The position numbers were made by a program, and so were the translations under genes. From IMG/VR virus record IMGVR_UViG_3300037991_004101, positions 1-35,826 of that record: a DNA stretch of 35,826 nucleotides, one strand, 5' to 3'. Below the pieces are notes generated by a model that searched no databases, had not been told where the DNA came from, and worked only from the letters and a program-made list of their open reading frames with translations. Shown piece by piece: positions 16,033 to 25,540 of the stretch (position 1 is the stretch's first letter; the number at the start of each line of letters is the position of its first letter). The DNA is from a virus. Lineage: Duplodnaviria > Caudoviricetes.

Positions 16033-17392
16033 ACTAAATCCGCTTCAGCTTGAAATCATCAGAGGCATCACACGCAAAGACAAAGTGATTGCTGCTCGTT
16101 GTGGCTGGGGTTCAGGCAAGACTTCAGCGCTTGTGTTCTCCATCTTGTACTTGTCAAAAACAAGACCAGGGACTTCTTCGCTTTTAGTCACTGACACAAC
16201 ACCAAGATACAATTCAGTCTTAATGCCTGAAATGGAAAAATGGCTTAGTCCTCTTGGCTGGTCATACAATCACACAATGAAACAATGGACTGACAACAAC
16301 AATGGTTCAACTGTGTGGTGTCGCTCTTACTTTCGACCAGGTACAAGAGAAGCAACGCATAATCCTTTGGAGGGTTTAAACGTAACAAGCGGAGTCTGTT
16401 TAATTGACGAGTGTCAAACACTGACAATGGAAGTAGCACATAAAGCTCTTGGTCGTCTTCGTGCTGGGCCTAGTCCCATTTTGATTCTTGTTGGCTTGCC
16501 TGTCGTCGATGCTTGGTGGGTCAACATGGCAGAAAGTCAAAACATTACGCCTCTGTTCTTCAGCTCTTATGTCAATCAAGACAACTTAGCTGATGAGTGG
16601 TTCGAAGCAACCAAGATGTTGCCGGCTGACGAGCGTGAAGCAATGATCATGAATAAGCCAAAGCCACCGAGCGGCTTGATATATTCTGAGTTCAATGAAG
16701 CAAGCCATGTCATTGATAATTGGCAATATAAAGAAAGCATGACTGGGCGCATTGCGATTGACTGGGGATTCAGAAAACCAAGTGTATTGATTATTGCATA
16801 CGATGAAGAGCTTGACGCCTCTGTCATTTGTCATGAGATCAATCCGCAAGAGGTGACAACCGATCAACTGACAACGCTAATCTTGTCGATTGCGTGGCCT
16901 CGTTCATTGAAGAGTCAAGCACCAAGCAAGCGCATTTGGCTTGATGCTGGCGTTGCTGACAAAGCTGGTAAAGCTCGCAATGATCAAACAGGCAAGAGCG
17001 CATTCAGAGTTATGCGACAAGAGCCACCAAGAGGAATTGGAGTACCTCTTCGTCATACAAGTGACCCTATCAAAGTTGACATCTTGAATGGAGTGCAACG
17101 GCTTAAACGTGCTTTCAATTCAAAGCGCTATTTAATCACCAGGGAAGTGTGGAACAAAGGCGAGCGAGCAAGTGGAAACAGCATCAGAAAAGCAATCCTT
17201 TCTTATGCTTGGGATAACAAAGAGCAGCCAAAAAAAGATGGTAGAGAAGATCCACTCGATGCTTTAAGGTATGATTGCATTACATTCAATTGGAATGAAA
17301 ACGCACTTGATCAGAAGTATAAACCAAGACGCTCGGCAGTTCGTGGAAGCAGAAAAGTAAATGTTGGAGGATCAAAGACAAGGAGCTTTTAA
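16019..17392 (+). CDS. terL: Terminase large subunit
   Basis: Walker A CGWGSGKT, Walker B CLIDE, nuclease motifs IDWG and D..DALRY. Confidence 0.93.
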   Translation: MTEIKLNPLQLEIIRGITRKDKVIAARCGWGSGKTSALVFSILYLSKTRPGTSSLLVTDTTPRYNSVLMPEMEKWLSPLGWSYNHTMKQWTDNNNGSTVWCRSYFRPGTREATHNPLEGLNVTSGVCLIDECQTLTMEVAHKALGRLRAGPSPILILVGLPVVDAWWVNMAESQNITPLFFSSYVNQDNLADEWFEATKMLPADEREAMIMNKPKPPSGLIYSEFNEASHVIDNWQYKESMTGRIAIDWGFRKPSVLIIAYDEELDASVICHEINPQEVTTDQLTTLILSIAWPRSLKSQAPSKRIWLDAGVADKAGKARNDQTGKSAFRVMRQEPPRGIGVPLRHTSDPIKVDILNGVQRLKRAFNSKRYLITREVWNKGERASGNSIRKAILSYAWDNKEQPKKDGREDPLDALRYDCITFNWNENALDQKYKPRRSAVRGSRKVNVGGSKTRSF

Positions 17393-18216
17393 TGGAGTTT
17401 ATTGAAACTAAATTAGCCATAGTTCTTCTTGACTTGATAGGCTCAACCAAGTTTGTCCAGTCCGTTGGTCCTATGAAGAGCGCTATGTGGCTTCAATACC
17501 ATGATCGGCTTGCTCGCTCCTTGATCTACAAGTTCAATGGAAGAGAGATAGATCGTTCCGATGGATTCCTCTTAAGCTTTGAACGTCCAATAGATGCGGT
17601 TAATTTCGCTCTGACTTATCAGGAAACAATTCCCCAAAAGACTAAACTTGGTTGTAGGATCGGAATACATTGGGGAGTAGTGGTGGAAGTCAAACAGGCT
17701 GAGATCTACACCATGACAGGAGCTAAGTCCGTTGAGCTTGAGGGAGTAGCCAAGAATATATCAGCTCGTACTATGTCACTTTGTCAAGCCGGTCAAGTGC
17801 TGCTAACCAAGGAAGCCATGACAGCCATTAAAGGCCGGACTAATAGCTTTACCCCCAAAGGTACAAGATACGCTTGTGTTGGTGAGTACAGGTTTAAGGG
17901 AGTCAAAGAGACTCAAATCATCTATGCAGTTGGTTCAACTATTGAATCTTTGCAACCTCCTCCAGGAGGCGACAAGGTTAAAAGACTAGGTGGACCAAAG
18001 AAGATCAAGAGTAGGATAAGAGATCGAAAGCTTAAAGAGTGGATAGCTTGGTTTTTGGTGAGGTATTGCTTTATCTTGATTCTCTATGTGATCTCTACTT
18101 CAGTCCCTATTCTAATTGATCCACATGCAAGAAAGATGAATGGAGTTGATGACCTGTTCTATTGGATAGATTATGTCATGGAGTTTATAGCGATGTTTTT
18201 AGGTGGTGTATTATGA
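17392..18216 (+). CDS. Class III nucleotidyl (adenylate/guanylate-type) cyclase with C-terminal TM helices
   Basis: LDLIGST (metal Asp 1), GREIDRSDGFL (Asp 2), RIGIHWG.V, G.AKNISAR (N-x3-R), GQVLLT, FKGV; two hydrophobic C-terminal segments. Confidence 0.88.
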   Translation: MEFIETKLAIVLLDLIGSTKFVQSVGPMKSAMWLQYHDRLARSLIYKFNGREIDRSDGFLLSFERPIDAVNFALTYQETIPQKTKLGCRIGIHWGVVVEVKQAEIYTMTGAKSVELEGVAKNISARTMSLCQAGQVLLTKEAMTAIKGRTNSFTPKGTRYACVGEYRFKGVKETQIIYAVGSTIESLQPPPGGDKVKRLGGPKKIKSRIRDRKLKEWIAWFLVRYCFILILYVISTSVPILIDPHARKMNGVDDLFYWIDYVMEFIAMFLGGVL

Positions 18217-18680
18217 ATGCAGTTGAAGACAGGCAAGAAGCTAAAGAGTTCTCCAAGGATATAAAAGCGAGGCGTGGTTGGTGGTTCTCTGTTATGTTTC
18301 TCCTCCTTATCGTTGGTCTTATCCTGTTCCTAACTTACGTTAAGATAGTCGATGAGAATAGGGACGTGTTAGTGGGAATACTTGGTGTGATCACTGGTTC
18401 AATCTCAAGCATGGTGGCTATTGCTTCCGGTCGTGATCCATCGGAAGTGGAGGAACTTAAGGACAAGCTAGCTAGCGCCAATGCAGACAGAGAAGCTTTA
18501 ATCGCTCGGCTTAGAGATGCACAAATCCAAATGCAATTGAAGACTGACCAGTTGATGGAGTTACAAGGCGCAGTCATTGACAAGCTGTCTTTGTTCAGTG
18601 GTGAGAAGCCGATCAAGACCAAGTCTATTAATCAAGTAATCCTTGATCCTACTGTTGAAGAATGGATTCCTAAAAAGTAA
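18213..18680 (+). CDS. Two-TM protein with C-terminal coiled coil, translationally coupled to the cyclase
   Basis: ATGA overlap; TM segments WWFSVMFLLLIVGLILFLTYV and VLVGILGVITGSISSMVAIA; heptads follow. Confidence 0.8.
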   Translation: MNAVEDRQEAKEFSKDIKARRGWWFSVMFLLLIVGLILFLTYVKIVDENRDVLVGILGVITGSISSMVAIASGRDPSEVEELKDKLASANADREALIARLRDAQIQMQLKTDQLMELQGAVIDKLSLFSGEKPIKTKSINQVILDPTVEEWIPKK

Positions 18681-18743
18681 TTGAAGTTTGAAGCTCACCA
18701 ACTTATAAGAGTCTTGCAGGTTGAACAAACTGCTAAATGAAAG

Positions 18744-18778
18744 AAAGGTCACTGAGTCTAAGGCGGTGGCCTTTTTTT
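18744..18778 (+). terminator. Rho-independent terminator
   Basis: AAAGGTCACTG / CGGTGGCCTTT stem (two G-U pairs, so + strand specific) running into a T7 tract. Confidence 0.8.
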
Positions 18779-18821
18779 CTATGTAGAGAAAACACTTGAT
18801 TTTATACTGAACAAGCTTTTA

Positions 18822-18850
18822 TTGATAAATAAGTGTTCAGTGTTTATATT
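18822..18850 (+). promoter_or_regulatory. Promoter for the structural operon TTGATA-N17-TATATT, with overlapping inverted repeat
   Basis: Consensus-like hexamers; ACTGAACA (18806-18813) / TGTTCAGT (18834-18841) dyad brackets the -35. Confidence 0.6.
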
Positions 18851-18882
18851 GTTTGTAAGCACCAATAGATCAAGGGGCGCTG

Positions 18883-20301
18883 ATGAGCAACGAAGAAACA
18901 AAAGAACGCTCTCCGAAGCATTTAAGAGCGCTTACGCCTAGATTTGTCACCAAAGGCATAACAGGCACTCAGCTTAGTGGTGGAGTCATCACAGGTAAAG
19001 AGCAGAATCCAAAGCTTACGGGGCTTAATTGGGTTAATGAAGCTGAAGAGATGGTAAGGACTGATCCTATCGTTCGTCGCTCTTGGCATATGCTCCGCCA
19101 AACTTTACTCTCAGCCACCTGGCGCTTTGAGCCTGGAATAGAGAATGATCCGGTAGCTGATGAACTAGCTCGCTTTGCAAATGAGTGTTATGGCTTCGAT
19201 GGTTATGCAGGCCAAATGACTACCTCTTGGGAAGATCAATTGGCTTACTTATTCGAGTTCGTTCCTCTTGGTTATCGATATGCAGAGGAAATCTACCGAG
19301 TAGGACCAGACAGTCAAGGAAAGATTAAAGTATGGCTTGACCACTATGCAGATAGAGAACCGAGCGCTCATAACCGTTGGCTATCAAGAGACAGTCAAAA
19401 CCTTGATGGTGTTCTTCAGAATACAGTTGGTACAACTTACACTCCTCAACCGATACCAGCTAACAAACTTTTGCTTCTTACACTTAACAAGACAGGCTCA
19501 AACTTTGAGGGAGTTGGAATGCTCCGTCCTGTTTGGTGGTGGTGGAGAACCAAGCAAAGAGTATCAAACTTAATGTGTGTTGGTCTTGATCGATGGGCAG
19601 TACCAACTCCCAAGGTTAAAGTAGACAGATCACAAGCCGAAGCTCTTGGTCTTAGTGATGGTGATATAGACGCCATGATCGAAGATGCAGAAGCACAAGC
19701 TCAAAGTTTTATCAGTGCGGAGCAGTCCTATCTTGTGGAGAATGGCGCTGTTAGCTTTGACACTTACGCAGCACAACCGAACCTCTATGCGAGTGGACCA
19801 ATCGAGATCATAGCCAAGTGTGATTCCCAAATAGCTTCCGCTTTCCTTACTCAGTTTGCTGATCTTGGCAACACTGAAACAGGAGCGAGATCCGTTGGTG
19901 AGATCCATCTCTCAGTCTTTAGACGCTCGGCTATAAACCTTTGTGATCTTGTAGCAAGCCAAGTCAGTGGTGTTGATCGTCGTGGTGGTGGAACTATTGG
20001 ACGTTTAATCCGTTGGAACTATGGCTTAGTTGATCCCTCCAAGCTTCCAAAGCTAACTCACACAGGTCTTGACACTGATGACTTGGCCGAGTCTTTGGGA
20101 ATGCTTCCGGGCCTTGTTCAGTCTGGTCTACTGACTCCTGATGATGAGTTGGAGAGAGCAATCCGAGAGAGACTTGGAGCAGGTGACTTGCCTGAAGATG
20201 CTCAACGCTCTGCACTTGAAAGAACAAGCTCAGTCAAAGGTGGTGGTGCTATGGCAGCACTCACAGAGCAATTGATCAAGCGGAGGCGAAAGAATGGCTA
20301 A
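18883..20301 (+). CDS. Portal protein (Mu gp29/DUF935-like)
   Basis: LGY..AE.IY, IPANKLLL, G.GMLRPVWW.W..K, DRWAVP, GAR..GE.H and LIRWNYG motifs; size and position fit. Confidence 0.88.
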   Translation: MSNEETKERSPKHLRALTPRFVTKGITGTQLSGGVITGKEQNPKLTGLNWVNEAEEMVRTDPIVRRSWHMLRQTLLSATWRFEPGIENDPVADELARFANECYGFDGYAGQMTTSWEDQLAYLFEFVPLGYRYAEEIYRVGPDSQGKIKVWLDHYADREPSAHNRWLSRDSQNLDGVLQNTVGTTYTPQPIPANKLLLLTLNKTGSNFEGVGMLRPVWWWWRTKQRVSNLMCVGLDRWAVPTPKVKVDRSQAEALGLSDGDIDAMIEDAEAQAQSFISAEQSYLVENGAVSFDTYAAQPNLYASGPIEIIAKCDSQIASAFLTQFADLGNTETGARSVGEIHLSVFRRSAINLCDLVASQVSGVDRRGGGTIGRLIRWNYGLVDPSKLPKLTHTGLDTDDLAESLGMLPGLVQSGLLTPDDELERAIRERLGAGDLPEDAQRSALERTSSVKGGGAMAALTEQLIKRRRKNG

Positions 20302-22270
20302 AAAGAGAACACAAGCTCAGACTCCTGCGCCAAAAAAAGATCGAATCAAGGGAAGCGCTAAGAATCCAAAAGGGAGCGCAAGCGGTGCAAGAGGTGGAAT
20401 CAAGATCAGTGACCAAGCTGTCAAGAGTCTTGAGAACATGAGAGACAAGCACAATGATCGCTATAATGCCAAATCTAAAAAAGTAGATATGGGTACACTC
20501 AAAGCGGTCTTCCGAAGAGGTGCCGGTGCTTTTTCTGTGAGCCATCGTCCAGGTATGAACCGGACTCAATGGGCGCTCGCTCGTGTTCGAACTTTCCTCA
20601 AGTTGGTTGGAACAGGTCAAAGGAAGAAAGCCTACACCACCGATCTTGACTTACTCCCCAAAGGCCATCCTCAAAGGACCGAGAAAGAAGCTAAGGCAAA
20701 AACACTCGCTCCGAAGAAGTATGATCATATTGATTTTACTCCACCAAAGGGAGCGCAAGAGTCAGCCAAACGAGCTTTAGAAGTTCGTGCTGATAAACCA
20801 CCAAGTAAAAGAGGTATGACTCCAGTTGGCATCGCTAGAGCTAGAGATCTAGCCAACGGTCAAAGCCTTTCACCCGACACAGTCCGAAGAATGCTTAACT
20901 ATTTCACAAGACATGAAGTGGACAAAAAAGGTTCCACGTGGAACATTAAAGGAAAAGGTTGGCAAGCTTGGCATGGTTGGGGAGGTGATTCCGGCTTCTC
21001 TTGGGCAAGAAAGATCGTGAAACAAATGAATACAGCAGACGAGAAAAGCACAGCGCTCCGAGCTTATGGAGAAGCTGTCCAAATCAGTTTTAACGAACCA
21101 AGTTATGATGTTCCTAATGGACTCACTATTGGCCGACCATTTAAGACTTTAGCTCTTGGTCAAGTCTCTTCTCGTATGAGTGGAGATGCTGTTGGCAAAG
21201 AGATCGACCAAGACCTACTCCAAGAGATGGTCCGAGTCTTTAACGAGCGAAAGCAGAATGATCCAGTGATCATTGATTGGCAACATGCCACATCACCATT
21301 TCAAGGTGGAACTCCTGCGCCTCCCGAAAGTGGGAATGCTCTTGGACTCATAGTTGAATTAGATCTTCGTGAAGATGGCCTTTATGCTACTCCGGCTTAT
21401 AACGAGAGAGGATTGGAAGTGGTCAAGAATGCCGGTGGTGTTCTTTGGTCAAGTCCTGAGTTCCTTAATGGAGAAGTCTACTCTCGTGATGGTGGATCGA
21501 AGATTGGCAATGCTCAACTATTAGCAATCACACTCACTCCAAGACCTGCTCAATCACACGACAAGATTGAAAGGGTAACTCTAAACGAAAGGACATCCTT
21601 AATGGATAACATTGAGACTATGTCTGTTGAAGAACTCCGTCAAATGCTTGTCGCAAAAGATGAGATGGTGAAAGAGCTTGAACAGAAGATCAAAGATCAA
21701 ATGACAGAGTCCGAAGCTTCTATGAACAAAGAAGAAGAAGACAAAGAAGAAATGGCAGAAAAGAAAGATGAGGAGAAAGAGAACAAGCTTGCTCACACTC
21801 CGGATCATGAAGAAAAAGAAGAGAAAAAGGACTATAAAATGAGCGAACAAGTTCTAAGTGAGTCTACACTTCTAAATGAAGTTCAAGCGCTTCGTGAGAA
21901 CAACGCTAAATTAAATGAGCGTATCGAAGCAATCGAAGCAGAGAAAAAAGAAGTAGAGAAGCGTGAAGCTATCAATACTCTTTTGAATGAAGGCAAGATC
22001 ACTCCGAGCGAAGCTGTAGTAGCAGGTAAAGCTTTCGAGCTTCGTGAGATCCAAGGAGAGTTCTGGACTATGTTCTCTGAGCGACCATCGAACAGCGCTA
22101 TCCCTCTTGTAGAGGTTGGCCATGGTGCTAGTGGTGAAGAGATCAGCCGAGCCACTCTAGACGCTAAGATCCGAGAGACTGCCAAAGAGAAAAGCATGAG
22201 CTATTCTGAGGCTCTAAACTATATCCAAAAGAATCAAACTGATTTCTACACCAAAGCTATGGAGGCTTAA
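20294..22270 (+). CDS. Prohead protease (Mu I-like) / scaffold fusion with two extra basic N-terminal domains
   Basis: IIDWQHAT, SPEF and ITLTPRPA protease motifs; acidic coiled-coil C-terminus; possible internal in-frame scaffold start at 21602 (AAGGA RBS). Confidence 0.82.
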   Translation: MAKKRTQAQTPAPKKDRIKGSAKNPKGSASGARGGIKISDQAVKSLENMRDKHNDRYNAKSKKVDMGTLKAVFRRGAGAFSVSHRPGMNRTQWALARVRTFLKLVGTGQRKKAYTTDLDLLPKGHPQRTEKEAKAKTLAPKKYDHIDFTPPKGAQESAKRALEVRADKPPSKRGMTPVGIARARDLANGQSLSPDTVRRMLNYFTRHEVDKKGSTWNIKGKGWQAWHGWGGDSGFSWARKIVKQMNTADEKSTALRAYGEAVQISFNEPSYDVPNGLTIGRPFKTLALGQVSSRMSGDAVGKEIDQDLLQEMVRVFNERKQNDPVIIDWQHATSPFQGGTPAPPESGNALGLIVELDLREDGLYATPAYNERGLEVVKNAGGVLWSSPEFLNGEVYSRDGGSKIGNAQLLAITLTPRPAQSHDKIERVTLNERTSLMDNIETMSVEELRQMLVAKDEMVKELEQKIKDQMTESEASMNKEEEDKEEMAEKKDEEKENKLAHTPDHEEKEEKKDYKMSEQVLSESTLLNEVQALRENNAKLNERIEAIEAEKKEVEKREAINTLLNEGKITPSEAVVAGKAFELREIQGEFWTMFSERPSNSAIPLVEVGHGASGEEISRATLDAKIRETAKEKSMSYSEALNYIQKNQTDFYTKAMEA

Positions 22271-22272
22271 TC

Positions 22273-22656
22273 ATGGCTAATACAGATCAAATCATTTCAT
22301 TCGTTGCCGCTGAAGCAATCACTGAGTACGCTCTTGTTTCAGCTGATACCGCAGGAAAAATCGTCATCACTGATGCTGCTACTGATACAAGATGTTTGGG
22401 AGTAGCTCAAAGAGCTTGCTCAGCAGGTGACTCCGTTGAGGTTGTGATTAGTGGTAAGACTCGTGTTATTGCAGGTGCTACCATCGCTAATTCAGTAAGT
22501 TTAGTTATGGCTACTACTGATGGAAAAGTGGCGACACATGCAACTAGCGGAAATTACGCTATTGGCTCAATCATTCCTAACATCAACCAAGTTTCTTCAG
22601 CAAGTGGTGATCAAGTATTCATCAACTTCACTGGTCCAAAACTTCTAATCCCTTAA
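22273..22656 (+). CDS. Capsid decoration/cement protein (DUF2190-like)
   Basis: AAEAI, LGVA....AGD.V.V...G...V.AG..I and DGK pattern; lies between scaffold and capsid genes; GGAGG RBS. Confidence 0.8.
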   Translation: MANTDQIISFVAAEAITEYALVSADTAGKIVITDAATDTRCLGVAQRACSAGDSVEVVISGKTRVIAGATIANSVSLVMATTDGKVATHATSGNYAIGSIIPNINQVSSASGDQVFINFTGPKLLIP

Positions 22657-22667
22657 GGAGATAATCC

Positions 22668-23669
22668 ATGGCTTCATCATATAGCAATCTACATCCAGTA
22701 GACCAAATCCTCACAAGCCTAGTAAATGAGGCAGTTCCATCGGATAATCAACTTATCGCTGATAAGGTATTCGAGACCATCAAGATTCCTGAGCGCTCAG
22801 GTACTCTCCTTTTAGAAGAAAGCCGAAATTTCATGGGAGCAGGTGCAGGCCTTGACCTTGAAAGAGCACCAGGCTCAAGTCGTGCCACTATTGGTGGCTT
22901 TGATCGTTCTAGCCAAACTTATAAGGCGAAGATCTATGGCGCTTCTGACTCCATCGCTATGGAAGATATTTTCGATAGCCAATATCCCGGAAGCGAAGAA
23001 GCACGTATCGCTAAAAAAGTAAGCCGAGTAGTTAAGCTAGCTCGTGAGAAGCGAGCGGCAGATCTTCTTTTTGGTACTGGTAACTTCAACAATGGTGATT
23101 GTGGAGTGACTTTTGGTGAGAAGTTTAATGCAACAGGAGCGCAACCTTTAAGCCACTTGCATAGTCTTAAAGATACAGTATTCGCCAATGCTCATGGTAT
23201 CAATCCAGATACTTTAGTCTTCGGTCGTGCTTTATTCCGAGAGCTTGCAAGGAATCCCGAAGTTCGTGGCTATGTTGGTAGCTCTGCTCAAGGCATTGCT
23301 AGCGGCAACCTTATCCTAAATGATGAGGCTGTTCTCTCTGTGCTTCGTGATGTTCTTGGCATTCCTAACATCTATGTTGGTCAAGCTCTCCAAGACACTG
23401 CGGTTCCTGGTGCAACTTCAAGCGAATCACCTATTTGGACTGATGATGTTTTATTCATGGGTATTCTTCGAGGCTCGGACGCTATCGTTCAAAAGAGTGG
23501 AAACGTTAAAGGAATGCCTGTTGGCGCTCTTAGTCTTAGCTTTAATGATATGGTCGCAGGTCAATATGATTCTTTAGACCGTACCCGTCGCTATGTTTAC
23601 GCTGAAGAAGTTGGAACTTTCCACGCTGTTGATTCTACTCTTGGCTTCATCTTGACTGACTGTCTATAA
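22668..23669 (+). CDS. Major capsid protein (HK97 fold)
   Basis: 333 aa; IADKVF, R.PG, REKRAA, G.NPDTLV.G...F..L..NP motifs; TAAGGAG RBS. Confidence 0.88.
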   Translation: MASSYSNLHPVDQILTSLVNEAVPSDNQLIADKVFETIKIPERSGTLLLEESRNFMGAGAGLDLERAPGSSRATIGGFDRSSQTYKAKIYGASDSIAMEDIFDSQYPGSEEARIAKKVSRVVKLAREKRAADLLFGTGNFNNGDCGVTFGEKFNATGAQPLSHLHSLKDTVFANAHGINPDTLVFGRALFRELARNPEVRGYVGSSAQGIASGNLILNDEAVLSVLRDVLGIPNIYVGQALQDTAVPGATSSESPIWTDDVLFMGILRGSDAIVQKSGNVKGMPVGALSLSFNDMVAGQYDSLDRTRRYVYAEEVGTFHAVDSTLGFILTDCL

Positions 23670-23672
23670 GAT

Positions 23673-24584
23673 ATGCATTGTTCTTGTGGTCAACCTGTTC
23701 TCCTATCGGAGAAAAAAGACGCTGATAAAATAGCAGTTGAAGACATGACCCGACAGGCTAAGAGTCAGTCGGGTCCGTTGGCCACATTAACAAGAGCAAG
23801 AGTAAAACAACTCAAGGCTGAGATCTCAGCTGAGAAAGCTTTTGCTTCCACTCTTAGGAAAGCAAGAGCGCAACTATTGGAGACAGTGGAAACAGCTATT
23901 ACAGCTAGTAATCCATTGACTCTCCTAAATCTAACAGATGAACAACTTTTGGAGTTTATCTTACAAGGTGGTCTTGGACTTGCTCTTGATGAGTTCATAG
24001 AGCAACAAGAAGCAATTAAAGCAGCAGCTGAACAAGCTATCAAAGCCATTCAACCCAACTTTGGGTTTGACTCGATAGCTCCACAACTTGACACCATACA
24101 AGCCACAACAGCTCAAGCGGTCTTTGATGAGGTAATCTTACCAACATTTAAGACAAGTATTAATGAATCTTTAAGGGATTTATTGGTGGACGTACCTCCC
24201 AACATTGTCATGAGTAATCTTGAAGCGAGGCTCAAGCGCTCCGAGGGGACACAATTGACAGAGGTAAAAACAAGGATCTCCCAATATGGTCGAAGCATCA
24301 CAGCAGTAGCGAGTGAAGTGGCAGGACTAGACAATTATTTATATACAGGTCCAAAGGACGGAATCACTCGGCCATTCTGTAGAGCTTTGATAAATCTTGT
24401 TGTTAATGACAAACAAATGAGAAAGCTTAACAATGGTCAAGGTCTAAGTGTTATCACTTCAGGTGGTGGCTATAACTGCCGACATAGTTGGTCACCAGTC
24501 ACCGAGGGATTTATAGAAGCGGCTAATTTAACCAAGGCCAAACAAGCCGACATAAACAAAGCAAACAGGAGCGCCAAAAGATGA
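23673..24584 (+). CDS. Head morphogenesis / minor capsid protein (Mu F, SPP1 gp7-like)
   Basis: Y.GPKD..TRPFC and GGYNCRH.W motifs. Confidence 0.75.
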   Translation: MHCSCGQPVLLSEKKDADKIAVEDMTRQAKSQSGPLATLTRARVKQLKAEISAEKAFASTLRKARAQLLETVETAITASNPLTLLNLTDEQLLEFILQGGLGLALDEFIEQQEAIKAAAEQAIKAIQPNFGFDSIAPQLDTIQATTAQAVFDEVILPTFKTSINESLRDLLVDVPPNIVMSNLEARLKRSEGTQLTEVKTRISQYGRSITAVASEVAGLDNYLYTGPKDGITRPFCRALINLVVNDKQMRKLNNGQGLSVITSGGGYNCRHSWSPVTEGFIEAANLTKAKQADINKANRSAKR

Positions 24585-25540
24585 GAAAAGCGATAACAGG
24601 CCAAAACTATCTTTATGAGTGGAATGCTCCAACACCATTAAGCACAGCACCAACTTTAGTGGTTAAAGGTGGCTCATCTGCTTTTAGTGAGACAATGACC
24701 CAAAGCCGGACAGACTTGACAGTCAATTCAATCGCAACAGATAGAAGAACATTGACTTTAAACACTAGCGCTATCTCTCTCCATCGAGATCAAGCTAAAG
24801 GTTTCTTGGTGACTGATGGAGATACTTGGTTTTCAGTGACTATCTCAAGAGTAGTTGGGACCACTGCTATTCTTGCCGAGCCACTTCCAAGAGAGATCGA
24901 CTTAAGCACAAGCGCAACCTTAGTTTTCTCCATGTACTATGTGACTGTCACAAGTTCAGCGGTTACAGGTTTAAGCGGTTACTATCCTTATGAGCTTAGT
25001 TACTCGGCAGATCTTGGAAGTCAAAACCATACTAAGCTTGAGAAAGGTATCATCAAGGCTACTCCAAGACCTTTCGACACTGGACTAGATCATGATGAGC
25101 TTGTGGCTACTTTTGCCAACCTTGCCGACATGATCCCAAGAAGACAGAGCGACTTCCAACCACAGATCAAAGCTAGTCTTGATGAGATCGCTTTAATGAT
25201 TAGAAATGTTATTTCTTCAAATGATGACATCACAGAAGATGAAGTTTTCAATGCAGAATCTTTTAAGCTTGCTCATGCTTATTGTACAGCTTCCCGAATC
25301 TATGAACTTAATCTTCAGCTTGATGCTGCCGAAGCTATGAGAACAAGATGCCAAGAACTTCTTGATTCTGCTTTGGGATCTGTTGCTTTGGATCTTGATG
25401 GTGATGGGATTGTGGACAGTGGTGAAGAGAACCTTTCTCGAAAAGGTGGAAGTCCTTCCGACTTTCGAGCGAGTTGGAGATCTTACAGTAAAAACTCAAA
25501 TGATGCTTTCTTCACTCCTAAAAGAGGAATGAGGCACTAA
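24581..25540 (+). CDS. Putative head-tail adaptor protein
   Basis: Position after head genes; helical C-terminal half; DLDGDG motif. Confidence 0.5.
   Translation: MRKAITGQNYLYEWNAPTPLSTAPTLVVKGGSSAFSETMTQSRTDLTVNSIATDRRTLTLNTSAISLHRDQAKGFLVTDGDTWFSVTISRVVGTTAILAEPLPREIDLSTSATLVFSMYYVTVTSSAVTGLSGYYPYELSYSADLGSQNHTKLEKGIIKATPRPFDTGLDHDELVATFANLADMIPRRQSDFQPQIKASLDEIALMIRNVISSNDDITEDEVFNAESFKLAHAYCTASRIYELNLQLDAAEAMRTRCQELLDSALGSVALDLDGDGIVDSGEENLSRKGGSPSDFRASWRSYSKNSNDAFFTPKRGMRH

Noticed and set aside
18735-18778. Similarity of the terminator region to a tracrRNA 3' end
   Set aside because: Generic terminator hairpin; no anti-repeat or Cas gene.
25392-25427. DLDGDGIVDSGE calcium-binding-like motif in the adaptor protein
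   Set aside because: Single Dx[DN]xDG motif; plausible but common, and not supportable as a distinct finding.
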